Shown here: positions 1-12,927 of the stretch, in pieces | Position numbering within the stretch: position 1 is the first letter of the stretch | How the letters are laid out: each line of letters opens with the position of its first letter | DNA from: Octopus vulgaris | Taxonomy: Eukaryota | Reading direction: 5' to 3' | Assembly: GCA_951406725.2 (NCBI GenBank) | Contig: OX597840.1 | Span: 6,572,001 to 6,636,000 of the forward strand | Length of the DNA stretch: 64,000 nucleotides | The notes under the pieces: generated by a model | What the model was told of the DNA's origin: nothing | The model's input: only the letters and a program-made list of their open reading frames with translations | The model's database searches: none | Program-made: the position numbers and the translations under genes

Positions 1-508
1 CTGTACTATATATTTTTTTAATTATTTTTATAATTTGTATATATTTATTTCATTATAAAAACAAAACAACACCACACACTCACCCCACGAGTTTTGTTTT
101 CCATACAGTATGTGCGATTCTTTATTTACTCATCAATGGTACACGACGTATTCTCTTTTAATATGTTTTAATTAATTTGTTATACAGTGCAGTATTAATC
201 TGTATTTTTATCTATTAATTTTTTTAATTTTTAGGTGTGAGAAATGCTTATTTTACCACGGAAATACTTAAAAGTCTAAAAAGTATATAAATACCTATCG
301 ACCGCAGGGACTCGCGATATACTGAGGAGACGGCGATCGGTGAACCGATCCAGGTATCAATGCATTGACACCTGATGCCCAGGCATCAATGCATTGACAC
401 CTGGGCATCCTTGTTACTTATTTGCTTTTTATTCACCTAACTTCGAGCTGCGCGGTCTATACCGAACTGGCTTTGTGCCTCAATTTAGGTACCTAATTCA
501 ACTGAATC

Positions 509-904
<396 letters not shown>

Positions 905-1074
905 TCCTCAGCTGATGATTCATTCCATCATTACTCTACGATTGTCACCAATTGTCTAATATTCAGGCGACAAAATGACGAATGTCTGAACTTGGAACTT
1001 GAATCAGATCATTCATGAATGCAGAATACAGAACACGGAACAAGCCAAAACAGTTTTCAAACGGAACCCAAAAC

Positions 1075-1400
1075 AGTCACCTCCCTATAACCATTAAGAA
1101 TAACTTAGTAACACGAGAAGAAATATATCCATAGGAATATATTGAAATGAGCCGTGCCTTGTTCCTATGACGCATTTATAATAGACTGTTTCGAATACCA
1201 AATACCTCAAAACAATGGAATTAGAAAGACATATCACATGGCTTTACCACTCCTACACTTCCTACAGTATGATCGTATCATTCATTGTATGTAATAGTTT
1301 AAATGTCCTTGAGAAGAATGTATTTCACCGCTTTCCTTAAATAGCATGAGTTATTTGATAAGGACACTATTAAAGTTAGCTACACTTGCTCAAAAAATAT
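1075..1400 (+). mobile_element. Degenerate Penelope-like element fragment
   Basis: Frameshifted remnants RHITWL...HELFDKDTIKVSYTC resemble the Penelope-like motif RxIxWFNPP...IFNRNTVKISYSC; homologous to 3821-4170. Confidence 0.6.
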
Positions 1401-2383
1401 AGTGCTTCCCGAGCGAAGTTCTGGAAGCAGACATGTATTGATTCAAACGCTTGGCGGTGATTTCAATACAGTCACGCCCGGCACATTTAATGAGTAACGT
1501 ATCACAAAGCAGCTTGTGCAAGGAGCAGAAGTCACATCTGTAGATACGACCAAAGAGAATTGCATACGTCTTACGAGAGAACACGCTGAAAATCCATGTA
1601 TATGCATAGTATAATTACACTATATGTGTAGATATGGCTGTGTGCTAAAGAAGATTTTTATTGCAACCACGTGGTTTCGGGTTCAGTTCGACAGCAACTT
1701 TCCATCACAAATACTCCTCGGGTACACCAAGAAAGCCTTGCACGAAGATACAGCATCCCCGAAAACACCTGAAGAAGAGGCGTTACCTGAAGAGCTTTCA
1801 ATCTTCTATGCTGTGCAGTCATTATATTCATTATTTTCACCATCATTGTTTTAAATCAATATCATTCCTTATTAGTGAGTAACCGTACATTTTACTTTAT
1901 TTTTTTATTAACGATTATATATATATAGAGAATTGCTACATAGATGAATTTTAGCTTGCGTGCGAGACGGTTTGCGTGAATATATGTACACGTGCTTTTA
2001 TGTGTATAACTTAGATTCATATTCATACGTCTGTATATGTATGTATGGCGTTTACGCGCATCCTTTTGTGTATGTTGATATATATATGTGGATTTTAATA
2101 TAAATATGTATTGCAGTATTTATAACAGGTTTAATTTCTATGCATTAATTTGTACTGTCTTCATTAACGGCAACAGGTTTTTTCCTCGATTTTTTCCTCG
2201 GATTTTATAATTTTTATAAGTTTTTTTATATATATATACATATATTTTTGACCTTTTTGTTTATCGCTCGAAGATTGACCGTTTTTTCTAAAGGGCCAAT
2301 CAAACAAGTCCATTTCTTTTTAAAGGTGTAGCGTTTGTAAGAGTATAGATTGAATTAATATATATGTTCCATTCTAGCAAAAA

Positions 2384-2421
2384 CTGTCTGATGAACGGCA
2401 ACGAGAAACTCAGAGTAACAG
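2384..2421 (+). ncRNA. Type I hammerhead ribozyme motif, Penelope-associated type
   Basis: CUGU-CUGAUGA-acggcaacga-GAAA-CUCaGAG-UA-ACAG: stem I CUGU/ACAG, both core motifs, short palindromic stem III, GUA site; stem II poor. Confidence 0.6.
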
Positions 2422-2453
2422 ATTTTGTTGAATTTTCTGCTGCTTAAAATAAA

Positions 2454-2500
<47 letters not shown>

Positions 2501-2505
2501 TATAT

Positions 2506-2896
2506 ACTCTTTTACTTGTTCCATCCAGTCATTTGACTGTGGCCATGCTGGAGCACCATCCTTAGTCGAGCAAATCGACCCCAGGATTTGTAAGCCCAGT
2601 ACTTATTCTATCGGTCTCTTTTTGCCGATCCGCTAAGTTACGGGGACGTAAACACACCAGCATCGGTTGTCAAGCGATTATGGGGGGACACACACAAACA
2701 CACACACACACACACACACATACATATATATACATATATACGACGGGCTTCTTTCAGTTTCCGTCTACCAAATTCACTCACAAGGCTTTAGTCGGCCCGA
2801 GGCTATAGTAGAAGACACTTGTCCAAGGTGCCACGTAGTGGGACTGAACCCTGAACCATGTGGTCGGTAAGCAAACTATTTACCACACAGCCACTC
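2506..2896 (-). mobile_element. SINE family A (tRNA-like head, internal TA/TG microsatellite, GTAAAAGA tail)
   Basis: Reverse complement of gagtggctgtgtggtaa...gtggcaccttgg...ggtgctccagcatggcc; about 20 copies or fragments in the window. Confidence 0.9.
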
Positions 2897-3113
2897 ATAT
2901 ATATACATAAAAAACACCGTCTTCGATCACGAATAACCATGGGATTGCGCCGATGCACAAGTCTGAGCAAAGGATGTTTATGGAAGACCAGCAGTCGCCC
3001 ATGCATACCAGCCTAAACTCTCCACGCCACTGATGTTCTCCAAGGGAAAGGCAAAGGCCGATACAGCTTGGCACCGAAAGGCAAAGGCCGATACAGCTTG
3101 GCACCGGTGACAT

Positions 3114-3801
3114 CTAACCACTGAGCAATGCGATACATACATACATACATTCTTAAAAACTGATGGCTCAAGAACATAGAACATGGATCAAGCCTTTCTT
3201 TTGTTTGTCTTTGGAAGTCAAAACAAGAACTCACTAATTCATGATGGTGAACCCGACGCTCTAACCACTGAGCAATGCGATACATACATACATACATTCT
3301 TAAAAACTGATGGCTCAAGAACATAGAACATGGATCAAGCCTTTCTTTTGTTTGTCTTTGGAAGTCAAAACAAGAACTCACTAATTCATGATGGTGAACC
3401 CGACGCTCTAACCACTGAGCAATGCGATACATACATACATACATTCTTAAAAACTGATGGCTCAAGAACATAGAACATGGATCAAGCCTTTCTTTTGTTT
3501 GTCTTTGGAAGTCAAAACAAGAACTCACTAATTCATGATGGTGAACCCGACGCTCTAACCACTGAGCAATGCGATACATACATACATACATTCTTAAAAA
3601 CTGATGGCTCAAGAACATAGAACATGGATCAAGCCTTTCTTTTGTTTGTCTTTGGAAGTCAAAACAAGAACTCACTAATTCATGATGGTGAACCCGACGC
3701 TCTAACCACTGAGCAATGCGATACATACATACATACATTCTTAAAAACTGATGGCTCAAGAACATAGAACATGGATCAAGCCTTTCTTTTGTTTGTCTTT
3801 G
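3114..3801. repeat. Tandem repeat, 147-bp unit x ~4.7
   Basis: ctaaccactgagcaatgcg recurs every 147 bp; 49-aa periodicity in ORF 3013-3825. Confidence 0.95.
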
Positions 3802-3820
3802 TAAACAAAATCTTCGACCG

Positions 3821-4170
3821 TTCACTTCCCCATAATCACTAAGAAAATCTTAGTAACACGAGTAGAAAGATATACATCTCCAACGTATTGAAGAGATCCG
3901 TACCTCGCTACAATGACGCATTTACAAGAAGCATATTCGAAAAAAACTGAGGAAGTGTAGAACAGTCACCTCAGAACAATGGAATTGGGAAGACATATCA
4001 TGTGGTTTCGCCACTCCCACATTCCTTATAGTATGTTAAATGCTCTCGAGAAGAATGTATATCACTGCCTTCCGTAAATATCATGAGTTATTTAATAAGG
4101 ATACTGTTAAAATTAGTTACACTTGCTAAAAAAGCATTGTATCTCCCTTGTTTCTAACCACAACTAATGT
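3821..4170 (+). mobile_element. Degenerate Penelope-like element fragment
   Basis: Remnants VPRYNDAF, GRHIMWF, KYHELFNKDTVKISYTC; diverged paralog of 1075-1400. Confidence 0.65.
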
Positions 4171-4228
4171 CATGGAAATAAAAACCTTCCTGATCCAAGG
4201 TCAAGAAAACAAATGTAACTGGATTATC

Positions 4229-4313
4229 GTCTTCCTCTTCTTCTTCTTCTTCTTCTTCTTCTTCTTCTTCTTCTTCCTTCTTCTTCTTCTTCTTCTTCTT
4301 CTTCTTCCTCTTC

Positions 4314-4344
<31 letters not shown>

Positions 4345-4372
4345 CTCTTCTTCTTCTTCTTCCTCTTCTTCT

Positions 4373-4404
<32 letters not shown>

Positions 4405-4435
4405 TTTTTCTTCTTCTTCTGTACGAAGGAATATA

Positions 4436-4521
<86 letters not shown>

Positions 4522-4654
4522 CGTATGTATTTATGTATATATGAGTGTATACGTATATGTGTGTGTATATATATCCGTGTTATATACATACATACATACA
4601 TACATACATACATACATACATACATACATACATACATACATACATACATACATA
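4229..4654. repeat. (CTT)n + (TA)n + (TACA)n microsatellites
   Basis: Read directly. Confidence 0.95.
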
Positions 4655-5115
4655 CGTATACATATGCCTTCCAACACTATTTCTCAAAGATAAGCAAAAA
4701 CTGATCGTTATAATTTACCAAAGTATGACAACAGACTGTTAAGTACTCTACCCTCTCAAACAACATTAATATACCCGTAAATACCCGATAATAGGCTACT
4801 CCCGCCGTTTCCTATCCACCACCACGACAAACAATATTTAGAGAGGTTTACCCAGTAATTACCAGTCAGAACTCTTAACGATATTTACATTAAAATAATC
4901 GTAAATACTCGCTTAATTTGACACTCGGGAATTAATTAGCCTAAAACAAACTTACGTTAATTAAATTTATTAGTTAATTAATTAATCACGGAAACGCCCG
5001 ATATGCCCTCCCTCCTCCCACAATCCCTGAAACTGTATGATCTTCTTCTTCCTCCTCTTCTTCTTCCTCCTCTTCTTCTTCTTCCTCTTCTTCCTCTTCT
5101 TCCTCTTCTTCCTCT

Positions 5116-5160
<45 letters not shown>

Positions 5161-5713
5161 CCTCCTTCTTCTTCTTTCTCTTCTTCTTCTTCCTCTTCTT
5201 CTTCTTCTTCTTATATTGATTCAGTGAAATCATAGAGGAAGCCGTGGGTGAGTGGTAATGAAGGTGGCTTTGTAACCACGTGATTTCAGGTTCGGTCACA
5301 TCGTGTGACACCTTGGAACAGTACGTATCTTCTGCTATAGCCTCTGTGTTGACGAATGCAATGTGCGTGAATTTGGTTGATGGAAACTGTTGAAAGCCCG
5401 TCGTGTATACATACACACAGACACGTACGTGTGTGTGTATGTATGTATGAATGCATGTATGTATATATGTGTGTGTACATATTTTTATATGTTCATGTAT
5501 ATATGTATATATATATATTTACATGTATATATATATGTATGTATATATATGTATATATATATGCGTGTGTGTATGTGTATATATATATATATAGGCTCAT
5601 GTGAGGCTATATTGTAAAAAGATTTCTTCCCACCCATAAGGGTCCGGGGCAAGAGACTTCTGAAGCCAACCCAGGAGTAGATTTGGCAGACAGAAACTAG
5701 AAGTCCGTATTGT

Positions 5714-5774
<61 letters not shown>

Positions 5775-5860
5775 TGTGTGTGTGTGTGTGTGTATTTGTG
5801 TGTGTGTGTTTCTCCCCCACCACCGCTTGATGTGTTTATATCGCCGTGTGTGTGTGTATA

Positions 5861-6390
5861 CAGGGTGCGTAACATATTTGAGAACAGATTTATGTTTATA
5901 AAAAATAGCTATACAATAACTGATGATAACTTTATTTTATCAAAAAAATGCTATGAGGACAAAAATAAATCTTCTTTCCTATAATGTTATTCAATAAAGT
6001 CACCTTCAGCTTCAACAACTGCTTCTATATGAGATCGAAATCATCTCCATGTTTGAATCAAGTGGTCTTCATTCTTTTTCGACATTACTCTGACTATGGT
6101 AGCTTTCAAAGAATCTTTGGTGTTATGGGTGTGTTCGTTGACCTTTCTCTCAACAATGCTCCACATCTAAAAGTCCAAAGGATTGAGATCTGGAGAATTA
6201 GGAGGCCAAATGTTAGGGGTTATGTGATCATGAAACTTTTCAGCCATCCATTCCTGTGTTACTAGAGCCATGTGTGATAATGCAGAATCTTACTGAAACA
6301 TATATGGCCTTCCATTGCATACACTGTCTATCATATCTTCTTCTGCTGGATTTTTCAGTTTGTTTAAGAGCCTTTTAGATCTGATGTAGG
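5861..6390 (-). mobile_element. Tc1/mariner (maT/rosa-like) transposase 3' fragment with one end
   Basis: Minus strand CNGRPYMFQ*DSA...HITPNIWPPNSPDLNPLDF*MWSIVERKVN...IEAVVEAEGDFIE; TA|CAGGGTG terminus at 5861; contains stops. Confidence 0.85.
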
Positions 6391-6404
6391 GATTTTCGTC
6401 TACA

Positions 6405-6675
6405 AAGAGAGAGGGGGAGAGGGGAGAGAGTGTGAGGGGAGAGGGAGATGGATGGGAGAGGGAGAGAGATGGGAGAGGGAGAGAGATGGGAGAGGGAGAG
6501 AGATGGGAGAGGGAGAGAGATGGGAGAGGGCGACAGAGGGGAGAAACAGAGAGCAAGGGGAGAAACAGTGAGAGAAGGGAGAAACAGAGAGAGAGAGGGG
6601 GAGAGGGAGATGGAGATGGAGATGGAGAGAGAAAGAGAGAAGGGGATAGAGGGAGAATGAAAGAGGGGGAGAAAT
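6405..6675. repeat. GA-rich purine tract with GGGAGAGGGAGAGAGAT units
   Basis: Read directly. Confidence 0.85.
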
Positions 6676-7160
6676 GTGCCGAATACAGTTGCCGAGACAG
6701 CAACAATAACGACCGAAAAACTTACGTGCAAAGCACGCATACACCTCACCCTCTACCGACGTAAAACATAAGTTATCAATCCAAATGCAATGGCAGAGGA
6801 TCAGCATATCCTATCCCATGTTTTTCCCATGCTGTAAACAGCAACACACCCATTCTATCCAGCTGACATCGTCTATTAATCTTTACCTAAGCCAACACCC
6901 AGCGCTTTCTCGAAGACGCAACTGGGATGACAGCAGGTAGCGTTTCGTGAGACATCAGACAAACAACAGTTCGTTGGTTTCTGTCGTCGTTTCATACACA
7001 CGACCCACACACGTAGGCACAGTTTAAACACATACACACAACCCACACACACATACACACAGTACGAACACATACATGCATATATGCACATAATTACCCA
7101 CTGAGAAAAGGATGAGCGTCGCATCTCGGATACGTTCGCCAGATAAAAATTCTGATACAC

Positions 7161-7235
<75 letters not shown>

Positions 7236-7249
7236 CGTCTGTCTATCTG

Positions 7250-7291
<42 letters not shown>

Positions 7292-7313
7292 CGTCCGTCT
7301 GTCTGTCTATTTC

Positions 7314-7361
<48 letters not shown>

Positions 7362-7367
7362 ATATAT

Positions 7368-7690
7368 TAATAAATAAAATAAAACATATGCATATATATA
7401 AACATATATGTACGTACCTACCTCTACATGTACATATACACGCATATATGAGTACAGGACACCAAAAAGGACGTCGAACACAATGAGAAACGAAAACATA
7501 GACACAAACCAAAGGAACTGGACATTTATTTAAAAACAGCAAAAAAATAGAATACAGGACAATTAACACAAAGAAAAAAACCCCTTCTTCAGTCGCTAAA
7601 GGTTTCATCTACTCTACGTTTCGAAGGATAAAAGCGAGACGTATCTTCGACAAGAAAACTTTCCTTCCTGCGAAAAGCAAATCAATTAAA
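7368..7690 (-). mobile_element. Interspersed repeat (Penelope/retrozyme-like end) carrying a permuted hammerhead
   Basis: Colinear homology with 22005-22290 (atatgtacgtaccta...caggacacca...ccccttc[t/a]tcag...tttcgaagg...tccttcctgcgaaa). Class assignment is inference. Confidence 0.6.
7581..7645 (-). ncRNA. Putative non-circularly permuted hammerhead ribozyme
   Basis: UACG-UC-UCGCU..CCUUC-GAAA-CGUA..AGCGA-CUGAAGA-AGGGG; stems I and III pair perfectly. Confidence 0.65.
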
Positions 7691-8097
7691 ATTCTGAGAT
7701 CTTTTCGCAGAGGGGTAAAAAATAGTAACAACAGGACAGTAACGACAGTGCAAATTGTAAACAGTATAAGACAGGAGAAGGAAAAACAAGATAAGAAGGG
7801 CTGTTGACGCCGAACGAAAAAAAGTATTGCAAACGCAGAATTTTTTATGGACGACGAGCGGAGGAAAAAGAGTGTCGTCCATTACCTTGAAAGAGCCAGG
7901 CTGTTTGTCTGTCTATTTATCTATCTATCTTTCTATCTATCTATGTTTGTCTATCTATCTACCTATCTATCAATCTATCAATCTTTCTGTCTGCGTGTCT
8001 GTCTGTCTATTTATCTACCTACCTATCTATCTACTTAACTATCTATCTATCTATCTGTCTATCTGTCTGTCTATCTAGCTAGCTATCTATCTATCTT

Positions 8098-8415
8098 GAT
8101 GGTTTGGATGGTCTGCCCTACGAGCTTTATTGTTATATACCAGACTTGTTTGGCGACCTTTTGGCAGATATCTACCGCAACTGGCAACAGAACGGGAGAA
8201 TTCCTAGTTCTTTGAGCCGAGGAGTGGTGGCACAGCTGAGGAAGGTCCCAAACAAGGAGGATAAAATAGAAATTTTTCGGTCCATAACGCTTCTGAACGC
8301 AAACTTCAACACCTTGGCCAAAATCTTATAATCTGTGTTCAGTAGAGTTATGGATCTAAAATTATGTATTTGGCCCTCCTTGTTCGGGTCCTTTCTCAGC
8401 AGCACCACCACGCCA
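8098..8415. mobile_element. Two L1/Tx1-clade RT fragments joined in inverted orientation
   Basis: Plus strand GLDGLPYELY...FRSITLLNANFNTLAKIL; minus strand RGVVVLLRKDPNK...NFRSITLLNTDYKILAK; both match the PGxDG and RPIxLLNxDYKILAK motifs. Confidence 0.85.
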
Positions 8416-8479
8416 CGGTTCACAGCACCACGCCACGGTTCACAGCACCACGCCACGGTTCACAACACTGGGTATTGTC

Positions 8480-8896
8480 TCGTTCTGCTGCCAGTTGTAG
8501 AAGACATCCGAATTGCTTACTAATCAACCCATCATGCCCGTTTGATTTCAGGATCGTAAAGAAAGAGGACGTAAAACAAAGCAAAACAAATACAATCCCT
8601 AAAAATTTGAAATAGGGAGAATTCGGAGCATGAGAACAGTAAAGATTGTGCCTATAATAATTGGTGCGTTGGGAACAGTGAACCAATATATAGACAAATG
8701 GCTGAAGAAGATTGGAGTAGAACGCTCGGTAGATCTCCAACAGAAAGTTTGTCTCCTAGGGACAGCAAGGATTATGAGGGAAGTTCTAAGCACTTGAAAG
8801 ACTGCTGAAAATTTGTGGATTCCTAAGGATACATGGAATATACCTGCTACCCACTTAAATCCTACCAGGAATAAGACCGAACCTGAGCCAAACCAA

Positions 8897-8897
<1 letters not shown>
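8480..8897 (+). mobile_element. Dong/R4-clade (restriction-like endonuclease) LINE 3' end
   Basis: SCPFD...PIIIGALGTV...LQQKVCLLGTARIMREVLST*, short 3' UTR, then (AAT)n. Confidence 0.8.
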
Positions 8898-8985
<88 letters not shown>

Positions 8986-9016
8986 CATCAACAACAACAA
9001 CAACAACAATAATAAT

Positions 9017-9503
9017 ATTGTTTTGTCTTGGTATAAAAGATGGGCTACAGCAAATATTCTGCTTAATACCACAGATTTGCTTGTCAGTTGTTTGACCTTA
9101 ACCAGTTGAGCATGTCCCTTAGTGGCTGACGATATGTGCATCTCTGATCAGGAGCAGAAGTAGTGGGGGAGCATCATAGCCATGTGTTGAGAGGGATTCT
9201 TTGGGGTTTGAATATTTCACCTCTGGAAACATGGGTGTTTTGTTCAACATCCTTAAACAACCCTTATTCAGGGACCTTTTGAGCGGAATGGGCTACGCAA
9301 CCTGAAGACAATTCTAACTGGGCCCCACCTGCAAGGTCTTGTGCTGTTTATCTTGATATAAGATCACCATGTCGTGCACCTATAGTTGTGATGCATGTGC
9401 CTGGTGTACCCTTATCAGACGGGTAGTCATGATGGGTATACTGGGCTTCGTATATTTTACCCCAGGGTCACTTTGATAGCATGAACTGCTCTCTCGCTCA
9501 ACA
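9017..9503. mobile_element. ~490-bp non-coding element embedded in (AAT)n
   Basis: Near-identical inverted copy at 12928-13415; both are flanked on each side by AAT/ATT repeats. Confidence 0.85.
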
Positions 9504-9505
9504 AC

Positions 9506-9600
<95 letters not shown>

Positions 9601-9611
9601 TAATAATAATG

Positions 9612-9663
<52 letters not shown>

Positions 9664-10208
9664 TAATAATAATAATAATAATTAAAGAGAGAGAAATGAC
9701 CACGTGTGGAACACCTTTGACCATAGCTCTACTCGATCTGGGCTGCTCTGGCTTAACAACAAAAGCAACAACAACAATAACTACAACTACAAACGTAGGG
9801 CGACAGTTGAGGGAAATTTTTGCTGCTATTTCTAGCAGACAAAGCAGCCATATATAGGCTTCTTCTCCCTGGTTTGTTCGTGTTTGTTCATATGTTTTTT
9901 TAATTCGTTTCTTTTTAGGGGTTTTTTTCTGATTCTTCTTTTTTTTTAACTGAAATCTAGTCCTTAACCTTCCTCCATCACATCTGGTAGGCATCTGCTG
10001 CTCTATAGTCACTGTTTACTCTCAAACACAGTTGGTTTCCATGTTAACACAACAAATCTCAGTTTAAAGCGATGTATAAGAAATATGGTCAAACAGACGA
10101 CTCCATGGAAACGAGCGACAGTCTGGGCGGGCGAAAATTAATGACGGCCTTTGTGTACGAAAACTAGTAGTTCTGGGAATAAGTTAAGTTGAAATTAAGT
10201 TAATTTTT

Positions 10209-10960
10209 TGGTTCAAAAAGCAAAAAGCAAGGCCGTATAGGGGGGCATGGAGTTATGTACAGGGAGGGTGTTCATGCAAAGAGTTCAGGCCATTTCTGGT
10301 CAAGAGAGACTTTGAACCGAGCAGTCATGGTTCAAAAAGCAAAAAGCAAGGCCATGTAGGTGGACATGGAGTTATGTACAGGGAGGGTGTTCATGTAAAG
10401 AGTTCAGGCTATTTCTGGTCAAGAGAGACTTTGAACCGAGCGGTCGTCGGCATCTTCACTATCTCGTCCGGCAGCTTATTCCACGGATCCGCAACCCGGA
10501 CGGAGAAAGCCCCTCTCCTTCGATTGAGATGAAATCGTTGCAGATAGAGCTTTTTGGAGTGACCCCGCAGCCGATGCTCTGGAGCAGGAGTGAAGAACAG
10601 CTCTTTCGAGAGGTTTCACTTTCCGCTTATGATGTTGTGAGGCCATGTAGGGGGACAGGGAGTTATGTACAGGGTGGTGTTCATGCAAAGAGTTCAGGCC
10701 ATTTCTGGTCAACAGAGACTTTGAACCGAGCGGTCGTCGGCTTCTTCACTATCTCGTCCGGCAGCTTATTCTACGGATCCGCAACCCGGACGGAGAAAGC
10801 CCCTCTCCTTCGATTGAGATGAAATCGTCGCAGATAGAGCTTTTCGGAATGACCCCGCAGCCGACACTCTGGAGCAGGAGTGAAGAACAGCTCTTTCGAG
10901 AGGTTACACTTTCCGCTTATGATGTTGTGAGCAAGAATGAGATCACCACGGCGGCGTCGT
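10209..10960 (-). mobile_element. CR1-clade LINE 3' end with tandem partial duplications
   Basis: Minus strand RGHSxKLYLxRFHLNRRRGAFSVRVADPWNKLPDEIV..FKVSLDQKW; (TTTTTGC) tail; 290-bp and 120-bp duplication periods. Confidence 0.85.
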
Positions 10961-10979
10961 TTTTCGAGAGAATAAAGGA

Positions 10980-11425
10980 ATAAAAACTAGTTTCAGAGAC
11001 CAAAGACTAATGGTGATCTGCACGGGCAAAATTAGTGGCGATCCTTGTGGGCAAAAAATTGATGCTGATTTCTGTAGGCAAAAACTAGTGATGGTTTGTG
11101 TGGGTAAAGCTAGTGATGGTTTTTGAGGGCAAAAACTAGTGCTGGCCTCTCTGGACAAAAACTAATGATGGTTTGTGTAGGTAAAAATCTATCACTGAAA
11201 CCAAAAGGTCGGGCATATCTGTGTGGGTAAAAAACTAGAGGTGATACCTGTGGACAAAAACTGGTGGTTATATGTGTGGACAATAGTAATAGTCGTGCCT
11301 GTGGACAAATACTAGCGCTGGTCTCTGTAGGCAAAAACTAGTCCTGATTTCTGAGAACAAAAATGAGTAACGGTTTCTATGAATAAAAATCTAATTCTTG
11401 TCTCTGTGAGCAAAAACTAGTGATA
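10980..11425. repeat. Degenerate ~26-bp minisatellite
   Basis: Recurring tgtgggcaaaaactagtgatggttt variants. Confidence 0.8.
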
Positions 11426-11454
11426 TTTAGTGTGGAGCAACCGTAAAGCAAATA

Positions 11455-12151
<697 letters not shown>

Positions 12152-12627
12152 GGTCATGTATGTACGTATGTTCGTATGCACGCACGCAGTGCAAACATTT
12201 AATACAAGGATAGATAAAACACCAGTTAAGAAATAAAGTCTGTCTTCATTCTCTACCAGTTCTCCAATATAATAAACATAAGCAATTCGAAAATAATTTA
12301 GATTTACTGGGAGAAACAGGAAAAACTAATATATTTCCTAACTGTTTATATTCCAGTAATTATGTATAGTCAAGCCCTTCTTTCAACGAATTCTACTGCT
12401 TGGTTTATCGGCTGTTCTGTTTGACATCTGTTCATTTGTTTCTCACTAGACACTTATGTATATATGTGTATGTATGTTTACATACATATGTAATTATGTG
12501 TAACGTGGTATGATTTTCGACCATTAGTATAGCACGAGATCGGTTGAGAGTGTAAAGATATTATTATTATTATTTTTATTATTATTATTACTATTATTAT
12601 TATTATCATCATCATCATTATTATTAT

Positions 12628-12910
12628 TCACGTGATCACGTGACCGACCAGGCTATCAGATGTTGCTACAAATCGCTGGCCACAATGACGCCATCCCGCT
12701 GGCTAAGCGAGCAGGTCAACAGAAGAAAGAGTGAGAGAAAGTTGTGGTGAAAGAGTACAGCAGGGATCGCCACCTCCCCCTGCTGGAGCCTCGTGGAACT
12801 TTAGCTGTTTTCGCTCAATAAACACTCACAATGCCCCGTCTGGGAATCGAAACCGCGATCCAACGACCGCGTGACCGCTGCCCTAACCACTAGGCCATTG
12901 CGCCTCCACA
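12628..12910 (-). mobile_element. SINE family B (tRNA head) with RTE-type tail
   Basis: Minus strand gtggaggcgcaatggcctagtggttagggcagcgg...gtttcgattccc (A and B boxes); tail ctggtcggtcacgtgatcacgtga. Confidence 0.85.
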
Positions 12911-12927
12911 TTATTATTATTATTACT

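Noticed and set aside
315-360. Hammerhead motif starting at CTGAGGA
   Set aside because: No GAAA in register (GAAC) and no consistent stems.
3013-3825. 270-aa ORF with 49-aa repeats
   Set aside because: The unit length is a multiple of three and contains a microsatellite and a SINE-like head; nothing else supports coding.
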